Positions 38,801 through 51,887 of a stretch of 64,000 bases of DNA are shown one piece after another. The stretch is from positions 456,007 to 520,006 of the forward strand of contig JAQGDQ010000138.1 of assembly GCA_030141605.1 (NCBI GenBank), in the 5' to 3' direction. Position 1 is the stretch's first letter. Every line of letters starts with the position of its first letter. The DNA is from Tubiluchus corallicola. Taxonomy: Eukaryota > Animalia > Priapulida. Position numbers and translations under genes: made by a program. The notes under the pieces were generated by a model. It was given only the letters and a program-made list of their open reading frames with translations. It ran no database searches and was not told where the DNA came from.

Positions 38801-40088
38801 AATATTGGCTATACGTGCTAGCGCATAGTCTTTCTCATAAATTAGGTTTTCTTGGAATATCTGTTCAATTTTTTATAAAGAACTTCATTCTTAATTGTTC
38901 CTGCTCTCCTTGGTATACCGGGCGGACATGCTTTCATAACATGATTAGCTAGGTTGTGCAAACGTAATTTAACAACCGATATTATGAGTGGAGTGAAATC
39001 TTCTTGCAGAGATCGGACTTGTTTGTCAAATCATGCAGAGCGCGAAATATGCCTCTTCACCGTATTAAGTAAAGGAAAGCTGTTTAAAATAATGATTTAA
39101 GATTAAACCATTAATTAAATTACTATATTAATAAAGATTAAATCCTTGACGATGCAAGATTAAATTATCGTCTTGACTAGAAGGCCAGTTAGGAATAGCA
39201 TATCACGTGATGATCAGCTGACGTTCGACCGGCTTAGGCTTAGTAACCTTTATGCGCAGAAGCTGAGGGTGCATTAGATAGTTAGACAAAAGGAATTTGA
39301 GGCCCGCACCTCGGGCAGATTAGCAGCTGTCTTGAAGACGGAGGGCTGGAATTGCTATCCTCTTATGTTTACCGTATTTGTGCTTGATGTCTAATAAACG
39401 TGCAGTTTACTAAACAAAGTCTTGACAGTTTACCATGCCCATCGTGGCTGTTCCACACGCAATCTTCACGAGCCACAGCCACCAACACAATAAACTGCAA
39501 GCAGCTACAACCACTATCATAAACAGACTTTATTTCATCAGAAACAGCTATTATTTTATTGTAGTGTACATGGTGTAACAGGGTCACGTCTTCTTAGTAC
39601 GATGCTGAGTTCTCGTAAATACCATTTGCGTCATCCATGCTTTTTCGGAATACTGTGAGATTTTCAATAATTTTTGACTATATACAGGCTTGTGTACATA
39701 TTCTTTCTTTTCATTCGTTTCCCGTTATAAATACTCTGATGAAGTTTATGGAAAAAATAAACGAATGCTCAGCATGTTTTTACGTCGCAGAAATATGTTT
39801 TAGCACTAACATAGAACAATGGCTAACACAAGTGATTTAGCATTTGTTTTATCATGGTTATAAAAGTACATTTATCATGACCAGAAAGCGAGGAATTCTG
39901 CTTTATGATTTAAAATAATAGTTATACATGTCTGTCTTCATTTAGCATTGTAAAGAGTGAACCGAACGGGTTGTGACTGAGGGTGTTATCTTGACATCTA
40001 ATTTTTTTCGCCACCTTAAACGTGTGGTCCGCTGACATGTGTAAATGTTTCTCTTAAAGCAGCGCTGAAGGCATTTTTGATGTTAAGC

Positions 40089-40850
40089 TTAAATCAAAGC
40101 TTCCTTTGCCCGCTTATGCTGTGGAATTTCGCAACGCAACTCACTGTCATTGACAACAAAAGTAGTGAAGTTGAAATCAGATTTCATCAAAACTTTTGGC
40201 ACATTGTGTACAACCGTGCGTGCTTCATTTATTGTTGCAGCTGATCTGAGACAGCCTTCAACGTAGAACGACTTCACGATGGAATCCATTCGTTCAAACA
40301 TGACGGCACATCGCAGAGCATATGTAGAACTGGCTGCACACCAGCCACTAATCAAATGTGAAGTCATACGACAATGCAATATGCAGCCATTCTTATACCA
40401 CAAGAAACGAAATGTATCTCTGTCTTTGAGTGGTATACATACTTGGTTATTGCATAGGGATGTTGTCTGAAACGAAGAAGAACATGTTTATTAATGAGAT
40501 CTGGACCTTGCATGCATCGCTCATTGAAAGAGCTTCCATGATATTTGCTGGCGCAGTTGAATGCAACCCTAAGCTTGTCTGATTTCTTGTCCATTACAAC
40601 CATGATGAGGCAAATACCATATTCTTTCTGCACTGAAAATGTCTTCTGCATGGGCAAGCTCTGTGTAACCGTTACCATTCTTAAGGAGCTTGGTAATCTC
40701 GTTATCATACTACTGGAAAAGCTTCCTCTTATCCAGTCTCTTAATGAGTGACTCTAGACATGCCTTTACTACTACAAACATATTCGGAAGCGGTCCACTG
40801 CTATCCTTCCATGGAATGGGAATCTCAAAGTGGCTACCCACCATATGGCA
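40089..40850 (-). mobile_element. Decayed BEL/Pao LTR-retrotransposon pol fragment
   Basis: Frameshifted minus-strand pieces GSHFEIPIPWKD...LPN, KLRVAFNCASKYHGSSFNERCMQGPDLIN, VLLRFRQHPYAI and SFYVEGCL (degenerate YVDD) are characteristic BEL/Pao RT motifs. No LTRs recognised. Confidence 0.85.
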
Positions 40851-41881
40851 TTCAAGACTGAAATGCTACTTACCAAGACGGCAGCTAATGGCGATAAACC
40901 CATCGACCATCTATCCGCCGGTGTGCCGCAATGCTACCACCTACTTGGGTGTAATAACTTCCAGGCCTATTAGGCCAAGGTTATGTTATTATCGAGTGTT
41001 TGTCACATGATTTGCAAAGACCATCGTTTAGGAGGTGTGGCTTCCCAAGTTTGGTCATGTCGACACCTGGTATGTATGTATATATTTATAGGGAAATATA
41101 GTTTTTTTATGCTAATCTGGCTTCTTTGAGGTTCCATGAAACGGCAACGGGTTCAGGTTTCGACAAAACGGAGCTGGCTGTTGATTGCCAATGCATAGCA
41201 GTTTACTTGTTTTTTTTTCGTTTGGATAGCTAGCGCTTGTTGTAGGAGTAATGGCTTCTCAAAAATGGGCATTATTGGCGATTTTCGGGTCATAACTCAC
41301 GCGGGTCAAAGGGCAATGACCCGAAATTATGATGTCGGATGGTCTTCTGCCCTGGCTACATGAAACGAAATTTGGTCAAGCAGCCTCGTCTAGTTCTTGA
41401 TTTATTGCAATTAGATCCGTATGTCGGAAACTAAGTATCATAGAGTAATACTAACGTTTCATGGCGAATCGAATCACGTATTGCACACCTCTGTATGTTT
41501 ATAGTAAAGAATGTCGATTTTTCCCTATATGTTAAGTATGGTATCGGTATTCGTCCAGAAAAACAGCGTGGCAGTACTGTGGCGTTGAAGACCGTGTGGC
41601 ACATCGTTGGATAGAGAATTGATCAATACGGTGCGCCATTTTGGTAGGTGTTCAGCATTGAGTTACACACGGGCTTTGTAACATAGGTGAGTATCCTAGT
41701 TACAATTAAAAAATTTCCTGTTAACAGTTTAATGAACAATACTATGTATTGCACTGTTTCTAATATCTACTGGCAAAAGATAGACTGGCAAAATGATAGA
41801 CTGGCGAAATGTAATACTTATTGCGTTATTTCTAATATCAAATTGCGAAAATTAGACTGGCGAAATGACATACAATCGCTT

Positions 41882-42573
41882 GGTTGTATCCGAGTTTACT
41901 GTTTACATTTACATCAACAGAGATGGGTTATATCCGAGATTTGTGTTTACGTTTACCACAAGATTCAACAAGGATTGGTTATATCCGAGTTTGGTGTTTG
42001 CATTTAACACAGGATTCAATAAGATTGGTTATATCCGAAAATGGTGTCAACATTTACCACAGGATTCAATAACGATTCGTTATATCCGAGAATGGTGTCA
42101 ACATGTACCACAGGATTCAATAAAGATTCGTTATATCCGAGAATGGTGTCAACATTTAACACAGGCTTCAATAAAGATTGGTTATATCCGAGTTTGGTGT
42201 TTGCATTTAACACAGGATTCAATAAAGATTGGTTATATCCGAGGATGGTGTCAACATTTAACACAGGATTCAATAAAGGTTGGTTATATCCGAGTTTGGT
42301 GTATGCATTTACTACAGGATTCAATAAAGATTTGTTATCTCCGAGAATGGTGTCAACATTTAACACAGGATTCAATAAAGATTGGTTATATCCGAGAATG
42401 GTGTCAACATTTACCACAGGATTCAATAAAGATTCGTTATATCCGAGGATGGTGTCAACATTTAACACAGGATTCAATAAAGATTGGTTATATCCGGGTG
42501 TGGTGTCAACATTTAACACAGGATTAAATAAAGATTGGTTATATCCGAGAATGGTGTCAACATTCAATACAGA
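41882..42573. repeat. 51-bp minisatellite, about 14 units
   Basis: Consensus GGTTATATCCGAGAATGGTGTCAACATTTAACACAGGATTCAATAAAGATT repeated head-to-tail with no unique spacers. Confidence 0.95.
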
Positions 42574-44876
42574 TTGATGCCATTCATGTTCGGCTATTTG
42601 CGTTTATTATTCATATTTATAATTTGTTTTATTGTATTTTCCTAGATTTTGGTTTAAATCTGACTTCTGAGAGATTTCAGTTACCCGTGTAACAATGTAC
42701 ATTTTGTTAAACATGCAACTGATTCGCTTTTTCATTGATGGGGGAATTTAAAAATGCACTGCATTAAAGATGAATAGTTACTATTTAGATATTTTTTTGT
42801 TTTTCTGTATCTGTTCTTGTTTCTTTCACTTGATGGTAATGCACGGTGGGACAGTGAATCTTTTCTGTTTCTTCTTTTTCTCTCCCCCCTCCCCGCCCAA
42901 TGGAAATAAAAGCAATGGAAAACGACATCTGCAAGTTTTGTTATTTCGCATAATCACTGACAACGGTTAGGTCTTTTAAATAAATAATGTAAATTATCTT
43001 AACAACGCTTTTAGTCTATTTTCCTTTAGCAAACGTTTCTGCCATTGTATTACACTGTCATTGACGTACTTTCTTTTAGTTATTTCTACGCTTCCTAACC
43101 TTGCTGTGAAGTCAAGTGTTCACTGTTCTTGGTTTTATTTATATCCTTATTGATATTTTGTCAATAGAATGATTTTACTGTTGTATCACGTAAAAAGCAG
43201 AGAGTAGCAGAAATTTGTAGTTTCTGCATCATTTTTATTGCGTGATTCGATGGCCTGACGAAAACTGCAGTGAGCAATTGAATGTTTGCTACGGTGGAAA
43301 CTTGGCTAGAGGAAATGCAGCCATGATTGCTGAAGCTACCAAACTATAAGCAAAAGGAATTATACTAAATTCCCACAATGCCACTGCTTTATGTGAACTA
43401 CGTTAAGTGATATGTTGCATGCCAGCTTTCATTAGAAATGAAAATAGACAATGATTGAAAATTCGTGTATACCCAAATGAGATAACATGCTATTATGGCA
43501 CAGTGTGTTAATCTAACATTAGAAGTATAAATTGAAGCACTTATTTTATTACTTAGCTTGGCATGCTAGCATTAAATGGATGCTGGCAAGAGGGATAAAA
43601 TATCATAAACAGAATAGCACCGTTGTGCAGACAACAAGACATGGCTCCGAAACGTTGCTTGCTTTGATTTCATCTGTTAATTTAAGCAAAAGAGTGTCTA
43701 ACTGTGGACAGCGAATCCTGTGAGCTGATGTACTTTAACTGTTGTTTAATTGATTGATCGCCAAATGATCAATCGATTGGGTATTTAATCACTTGCTACC
43801 GGAAATTAAGTATTTAGCTAGATGGTCGCCTTCAGTTGCAAATTCGCAGTGAATCAGCTTGTTCGTTCAATTTTGACATTCATTTCTTCTGAGAAAGCAG
43901 AAATCACCAAGTACAAAGGAAAATGAACATACAACAGCAACATGTTTTATCCAATTAGGCAACGTAGCATCATGAAACAACCTAGCAATATTTGGTGAGC
44001 TACCTAAACCACACAAAAAGTACGGAAATCAGTCACGTAAATTTCTGTGGCGCCCTCTGCTCTTGAGAAATGCGTTATTATGCGTCATAAGGTTTCATTA
44101 ATAAGAAACAGGGCAGGATTGAGAATTTGTGTAAAGCTGAATGAGATCATTGATTATAGTGGGATTTTGAGAAGTGCAATGGGCATTTCATTTCACGTAA
44201 TCCCTGGAGAAATGTAATACCCGTATAGTATGGTTGTTAAATAGCAATCACGGATATAATATTGAAATCGTGATAGGCTAGACGATTGGAGTTGACAGGG
44301 TGACTGAATCTGTGCCATTCGGCGTGCAGAAATGTTAGCTTGCAGGCAGATCCATTTGTTTTACTATTTATGTTTAATTTTGTATTATAACTTTGGTGTA
44401 TTATAAAATGGTGCTCAACTCATTATGATGGCATAAACAAGCATCTTTGTATAGACTGCAGGATATGGCTTCAGTGGTGTTGTCACATGTTAGGCAAAGT
44501 ACATTGATGAGGCAGCCAAGCGGGAACTGAGACAATTTTTACCTCTAATCGCAAGAGTTTATTTATATGTTAGAACTGACTGGATGATCACCTTTAATCA
44601 CTTTCTTATATTTCTTGAGAGTTTTTACCTGGTAGGCAACCGAACTGATAGCCTATTAGTTACTCTGTCGTTTCCTTCTTTCTGACTCAGTGAAAGCAAT
44701 TACAACAATTGATAGTCGGTTATGGTCAGTTGTTATCTGCCAACTTGACTTGATCGAAATATAGCTACTCTAAACGACATTCACTTAATTCTGCACACCT
44801 TCAATCAAAAAAGTATTTTGCCCCATTTGGACGTGCCTTACCTTGAATATATAGAAAGCATCAACTGCAAAAGAAA

Positions 44877-45875
44877 ATGAATAACACAACAGTGACAGTC
44901 GATGATTTTCCGCAGTTCGTCGTAGGAGTCTTGGGTTTTGAGGCAGTCGCTGTGATTGTGGCCAATGGAGTGGTCATTTTTGTCATTTACAAATCAATAA
45001 ATCTGAGAAGTGTGACATATTTCTTCATCGCAAACCTGTCCACGGCTGATGCTTTCTTTGGCACTACTGTACTGTTTCAGGTCTTTGTTTATCAACTGCG
45101 CCTGCAGAACACTTGGCACTGGTGCAAGATCACAGCGGCACTGATTATGATCGGCAACCAAGTCGCAATTTACTCCTACTTCTTTCTTTCTATCGAGAGG
45201 TATCTCGCTGTGTTTTATCCACTTAGGCATGGGGTCATTATGACAACCAGAATCATCTGGTGTTTCATCGTTGCTGGTTGGATGGTGGGTTTTGTTTTTG
45301 CCATACTTACAAGTGTGACGTACGATGAGGCATCGCTCAGGAGACATTGCTTGACGTTGGGTGGAGCAATGGCAACCTGGTGGTGGACTGTGCTCATGTT
45401 TATCAACTTCTTAGTATTCATTTTTGTGGTTTTTCTCTATTTATGTATAGCCAAGGAAACAATGCGCCACCTTAGAAGAATTCACACGCCACGTGTTAAT
45501 ATAAAATTAAATGTGATAAGCCCTTTTAAAAGCCATGAAACCACATCAATAATGACTCGCAAGCAACAGTCAGCAAATGTGCAACAAGAAAATAACAACT
45601 TCATGAAGAGTACGCTCAGGATGATGAAGACGTTGCTTCTCGTTCTGGGAATTTTCTTTGTCCTGTGGCTGCCATGGGTAGTCTGTGTACTAGTGGTTGC
45701 CTTTTGTCCATCATCAGTTTGTGTGAACATGAAGCCGGATAGTTATGTATTTCTGTATGTGGGCTCTGTCGGACTAAGTAACTGTTTTTTTAATGTGTTC
45801 ATCTATGCTGCCCGAATCAAGGAATTTAGAAATGCCATCAAGAAGACATTCTGCTGCTTCTCTGAAACTGCATAG
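44877..45875 (+). CDS. Single-exon rhodopsin-family (class A) GPCR, adenosine/melanocortin-receptor-like orphan, 332 aa
   Basis: Seven hydrophobic segments and an N-terminal NNT/NTT glycosylation site. Motifs: TM1 N, TM2 NLSTAD, ERY, TM6 LWLP, TM7 NVFIYA and helix-8 KEFRNAIKK followed by CC. Confidence 0.93.
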   Translation: MNNTTVTVDDFPQFVVGVLGFEAVAVIVANGVVIFVIYKSINLRSVTYFFIANLSTADAFFGTTVLFQVFVYQLRLQNTWHWCKITAALIMIGNQVAIYSYFFLSIERYLAVFYPLRHGVIMTTRIIWCFIVAGWMVGFVFAILTSVTYDEASLRRHCLTLGGAMATWWWTVLMFINFLVFIFVVFLYLCIAKETMRHLRRIHTPRVNIKLNVISPFKSHETTSIMTRKQQSANVQQENNNFMKSTLRMMKTLLLVLGIFFVLWLPWVVCVLVVAFCPSSVCVNMKPDSYVFLYVGSVGLSNCFFNVFIYAARIKEFRNAIKKTFCCFSETA

Positions 45876-46894
45876 CTGTCTTAAGCGACTTTACATTATC
45901 AAGGCTTTACTAATTTTAATTAAAAAATCGGATTTTAAACCCTTTTTGTGCAATGTTGGTCTACGTTCACCAGATGAAGTGGCGAAGCAAAAATAGGCCC
46001 CTTGACATGCAGCTGAACAAGAAAAGTGCCTTCAGGAATTAAAGAAAAAGTGCGACATAGACATTGGTACAGAATGTTTGAGAGTCACCCTAAACAGAAT
46101 CTTTTCAATTATGAAATGTGCTCCACAATTACCAAATAGGCCAGTTATTGCTTATAATTCACAGAAAATAACTCTGTGTACTAATTAATGGGGATATATA
46201 ATAGGAAACTGGACAACTCGTTAAGGCAAGAAAGTGGATTTGTAACGTGAGAACGATTAGGTTGCGAATCATGTTGGTCTTTACATATAAGCAGCAGTGA
46301 GTGATCACTGCGTGTGATTGGCTACTAAAGTTAAGCAATACCAAATCTGACAACTGATTCGTTGTGAGACCGCTTAAGAATTTCACTCTTGGATAGTTTT
46401 TTCTGTGATTCCGAACTATTTCATTCGTTTCTCGGTGTTTAGAGCATGTGTACAATGTGACTGTGACATCTCTGCCAGGTATTTCACCTGAGAGGGTTAT
46501 TTTGATAATGAACTAAGATCTGGTCTTGCCATAAAGCGCTTGTAAAAATTTTGCGAAGGAGCATAATTTATTGGGCAAGTTTAGACCCCAAGATATTCAC
46601 AAATCTGTATAGTTCGCAAAGCCATGGTGTTTTCATTTTTTATAATTATTAGTAATTAAGCTTTACTTCAAATCCTATGAAAATCAATTGAATTTGACGT
46701 AATTATATGTAGCAAATGATACAACGCAAATTACTTTGAGAAAGCAATATCATTCAAAAGAAAAACTTGAAATTGTAGCAAGAAAATTTCAACACGATAT
46801 TAAAAAATAAAGAAGATTGACCCTTTAAACATGAAGTGACCCTTGAAGTGATTCTGATTTCTGATTGTCATTAGTTAAAGCATGTTAGATTACT

Positions 46895-47074
46895 GAAGGA
46901 CAGCAGAAAGAGAAAGATCGAAAGAGAGAGTGAGAGGGGCGAGGAGAGAAAGAACGAAAAGGCAGAGAGAGAAAGTCAGCAAGGGATAGAGAAAGAGGGG
47001 GAGAGAGAGGAGGGAGAGAGAAAGACAGAGTGGGAGGGGGAAAAAGAGAGCGAGAAAGAGAGGATGAGAGCGAG

Positions 47075-47124
<50 letters not shown>

Positions 47125-47290
47125 AGAGAGACGGACTGAAGAAAGGCGAGACGAAGAGAGAGAGGAGAGAGAAAGGGGAAGAGATAAAGAAAGTGGGGAA
47201 GACAAAGAGGGAGGGAGAGAAAGAGAGGAAAAGATGGGATAGGAAGGGAGGGAGGCAAAAACGGAGAAGCAAACAGAAAAAGGGAAATCG
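46895..47290. repeat. About 400-bp polypurine (GA-rich) tract including pure (GA)n
   Basis: Directly visible. Confidence 0.93.
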
Positions 47291-48870
47291 AAGGCGTTAT
47301 CCTACTAAAATAGCAGATTTAGCCTTTTTAATCCTTAACCGTAATTTTTTTGTTAAAGAATCTTTCTGGGAAATGTAACGAGTTTTTTTAGGAAAAATAT
47401 TCTGGCTTATAATTTAAAAGTGCAGTGCAATAAGAAACGCAAAATTATCAATTTGTACGATATGCAGTACATGTACATTCGTCATCTTCCCACAAGTTTA
47501 TCATCCTTTGAAACATACCATAACATGATGAATTTCGTATATCATTTGACAATTTATTCCACAAAATTGCAGCAGAATATAGAAAAGAGTTTAAACCGTA
47601 TTTAGTAGATTTGATCCGTCGTACCTTTTCAATTTTATCATATCGGAAAGAGTATTCGATTTTTTAACTGCTGCAAGGTCAAATAAGAAGCTGTGTCCTT
47701 TTTGTTTAGAATTTTAAATGTTTCTAATGCTAATGTTCTTATGCGTTTTAGTAATCTTCTAATTCGTTTAAGGACGTTTGTTTGTTTTTATGTTTTATGC
47801 AAATATGTGAGATAATGTTATCGAATTTTAATAGATCATCTACAGTGAGCACCAAGATTTTCATTTGATTTTCGCATTTGATTTTATTTGTATCAATGTC
47901 GAAGTCTAGATTTAGTTTTTTTGACTTGTTTCCAATGGCAATGGCATGAATGTTTTTTGGATAGCTTTCATGCCAGTTTATTATTTTGGACGTTAAAGTT
48001 AGATTCTAACGTTGGTCTATGGCTTGTGGCGTATTCTGTGCTGCATGATAGGGGATGTGTGCTTATTTGGAATTTCATGATGTTCCACTTTTTAACGCCA
48101 AGTAAGTGAAGTACCGATAAAAACTACACTTGGATAAGGTTTATTACTTTTCGTCTCATTTCAAAATCTTATGCTTTTGACTTTGTTACGTTGGATGTTT
48201 ACAAAATTGATATCGAGCTTTTTGCCGTAACCTTATCATATGTTATAGTCCGGGACCAGGAACCCGTGACAAAATAATCTCCTCATCGGGATCATGACTT
48301 TCAACCACATACTGCATATCGTAGATATGACTGTGGCATTCCACAAATGGCTACCCGTTTGTCATGGGAGCGGCATTTATCAGCCAGTTTCCAAAGAAAA
48401 ACCATTAAGTAAGATAAAAGGAATGGATGGAAGAGTGCAATGTAATAGTTTATAAAAAAGGCCATCACGTAGATCAGTCCTGTTATAAAAAATTCTGCAT
48501 GCCAATTATGATTGTATCATTTGGAACAATGCCGCCAGAGAATCACCCCTTAATGTCTGACCATAACTTAATGGCTGGATAATATTGGACAAGTGGCTTC
48601 ATCCAAAATGGTTCGAAGGTTCCACCGGCCTTTGATTGCATATTAGATAAAACTGTAAGTGTTCGTAATGCAAGTGTTAATTCCACTGGTATTACTGCTA
48701 ATGACAACGATGACAACAACGACGACGACGATCACGACGGTGATGATGTCATTGATGACGATGATTATAGTGATATCGCTGATGATGGTGCTGGGGTGGC
48801 ATTTAACCTCAGTTAAAGTCAACTGTAGTGAAAAGCTGTTATTTCTGTTAAATAGTTTTTTTAATAAGAT

Positions 48871-48993
48871 AGCACAGTTATCCTAATTAGATTAGATTAA
48901 TTTTTTTATTTGATAGCCAAGAGCTCCTAACCAGCACAGTTATCCTAATTAGATTAGATTATTTTTTTATTTGATAGCCAAGAGCTCCTAACC
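48871..48993. repeat. About 62-bp tandem duplication
   Basis: AGCACAGTTATCCTAATTAGATTAGATTA...GAGCTCCTAACC occurs twice, nearly identical. Confidence 0.9.
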
Positions 48994-51388
48994 AGAGGTC
49001 TTAACTCTGCACTATTTGGCAACAACAAAAATAAAAATTTCACAATGCCATTTCATTAGAGGATGGAGCCTCTTTCTGTTTAAGGTCTCATAAAATGCTA
49101 ATCTTTTGCCACTGGACGAAATGGCTTCCAGGACCTAGTAGGCCAGGAGCAGGTAATTGTCGGGTGTTGGTCGCATGTCTATAAAGGGTTCACGTAGGGA
49201 GTTATCTAAGCATCCAAAATCAATCAACATGACGTTTTTGGGCTAATAAGTCAGGCAGATCATAAGCTTACGACCTTATCACAATGTCTGGCTGCCCTCC
49301 ACACCTGCTACAAATACACTTAACCTGGTAAAGTAGAGTTTTCTAGTCTTTGAGTTATTTAAAAAAGCGTATTTCGGAAAATAAAGCATCGTAGACCGAA
49401 AAAGAACAGCAGATTTTGAATGTATGCTCCTGCTTTTTGGCGCTTTCTGGGTAAACCGCGACTCGCAATTTTGACAAGATGCATCTGATTCTCCGTTTCA
49501 TGCGGAAGCCAATGGTGTATGACGCGCCTCTGTACGATTTATGTCTTCCATTTACAGAGTGTTTAAAGGAAAACCATGTCATTTTATTGTTATTCGCTTA
49601 TCTTATTTTGCTAAGCCTGGCACGTTTGACGCCTTATAGAACGGTAACGGTTCACGATAAGAAAAGCTGCATTGCATAGAATTGTTTTGCTGACTTGATA
49701 TGTTTGAGGCCCTTTAAAAATGGACCCTAACACCAGGGTTTACAGCAACTGTGCCCCAAATTAGTGTTAGCTTTTATTTACGCGTAGCCATTTAAGGTAA
49801 TGATTTTTTACCGGAAAAACTTTTGGTGACAACGTTTCAAAATATAAAAATGTCTTTGTGACTTAAATTTTCAAAAAGTCTAAAATCGACATATCTCTAC
49901 CTGTTTGAGTTCAGTTCAAGCGATTTTTGCGCGGCTGGTGCACAGTGACACCGACTACCATATGTCCGAATTTCATTTAAAATCGATTGTTACGTGCGAA
50001 AGAAACTTTTTTTACAAGTGTGTATAAGTGTAATGCATAAACCTACCTTATCTGGTGGAGTTGTGACCTACCCCACAAAATATGTTTTCACTGGTTTCTA
50101 AAAAGATATTTTGGGTCGGGATAGGAACCACCACGGTTGTGTTCAGTGCTAAAAAACCCTTTTTTGGGACGAGGCAAAAAAGAGTTTTGAATCCATACCC
50201 ATCACATGTAAGGGTCCAGACCCATCATAATTATGTGCTAACTTAGTAGAGAAATTTTACTGGCGAGCTATGCTAGTGACGAACCGTAAAAACTGGCAAA
50301 CCGTAGTAGTGGCGAACTGAAACATCTGTTAAAGTGACAGACATTAACGTAGTAGAGACATTTTGCTGACGAATTGTGCTAGTGGCGAACCGTAGCAGGC
50401 GAACTGAAACACGTTTATTAATGGGATAAGGTAATAACATATATAGCAAAGAAATTGTACTGGCGAACTATACTAGCGGCGAATCGTAGTAATTCGAATA
50501 CTACGTAGTAACCGTAGTAATTCGAATCCAGTTTTAAATATTTTCGAATAAATTTTTGAATTACTAATGAAAGTAGTCTCATAAAGATCATGCATATTAC
50601 TTAATTTTGTACTGCGGTAAAAACGCTAATAATTTGTTTAAAATTGTACACACAAATCGCTGCCAAATTGTGTTATTTCAAACGTTTTACTGATATTGAA
50701 TGTATGTGGTTGAAGTTCAGAATTTTTCTAATCTAAAATTTTAGTGTTTGCAACGAATTCGATCTGAAAAAATTCTGAATTTGATCAAGTTGATTTGTAA
50801 TGTTTCTAATAAAGTTTTATGTATTACCAGTTTAAGAAAGGGAAAGGAAAGACACTTGAGAAGGGGTATAATTGCATGAATTTTAAGAAAAAAAATGCGA
50901 TAATAAAATTTTGTCATAGAAACTCTTGAAACTAAGGTAATTTATTAAATTATACATGTTTTCTAAATTATACCTTCCTTCCAAATTTGACGACGAGTAA
51001 AACTTTTTGGAAACATTTGTTAACACGGTGTTTTACCTCTTTGTAATTGTGGCTGTTAGCTTTCATTGTTTAAGATCAAAATTTGCTGCCTGTGTTTTCA
51101 GGACAAAAATTTGTTTCGCAATTTGTGTCTAAGCACATTCTTTAAAATGAAATGACCTGCTATATTGATGTAGGTGAAACACCTGTATGTTCTTCTGAAG
51201 CGCTCAAGTGCAATTTTAATAGCTCTTTTGGATCGCACTGATAGCAAGCATAGTAATTTGGCTGTTAGTAGTGGAGCTTACAAATCTCTTTCTTCAGGCG
51301 ATTAAAACCTGTTGGCCACTTACTTAGAACTGGTGTGTTAATTATTCCTAGTCCTTTACCTTTTTTCAGTAGCTGTACAAGAACGAAC

Positions 51389-51887
51389 ATGAACGTTTTA
51401 TTGCGTTTTATCTGCTTGGCGACAGTATGTTCAACTTGGTGTAGTACAGTACTAAGTATTGGTGAAGGCGATAGCGTTCTAACGGCTCTGAAATTTGTTT
51501 CTGAAATCAGGAAAAATGTTGAAAAATGTGACCCTGGTACAGGGCTAGTGCTTCCATTCTTTTACACGAGTCACGTCTGGAAGGAACAAGCTTCTATCGC
51601 CATTCATACAGCAAACCTGTTAGGTCAACTTCTACCACAAGGTGGAGACCAACTTGACGAAGAGTTGACTGATTTGTTATACACATTTGTGACAAATAAT
51701 GTAAAAAGTGATGATTACGTGTTTGGAGCAGTTCTTGCGTTCGAGCCAAGTTATTTAAGTCCACCGAGAAGTAAATTTGCACCGTACGCTTTTATGCAAC
51801 GAAATGGGACTGTAGGATATAAAGATTTGTCGGTTTTCTATGATTATGTGAACACAGAGACAGAATGGTATGCAGACGCCCTTCAAT
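51389..51887 (+). CDS. GPR158/179-like receptor, alternative N-terminal exon A (signal peptide + N-terminal part of Cache ectodomain)
   Basis: AACATG start, hydrophobic leader, AIHTANLL...LLYTFVTNNVKSDDYVFGAVLAFEP...FAPYAF...KDLS...ETEWY. It ends at phase-1 donor T|GTAAGT, which is compatible with the acceptor at 54639. Confidence 0.85.

Noticed and set aside
37880-39360. Possible decayed coding or LTR sequence (higher complexity and GC)
   Set aside because: No recognisable protein motif, termini or splice pattern could be supported by eye.
41882-42573. CRISPR-like array
   Set aside because: Units are contiguous near-identical repeats with no unique spacers, there are no cas genes, and the context is eukaryotic.
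46885-47378. SL- and RE-rich ORFs
   Set aside because: Artefacts of the polypurine tract.
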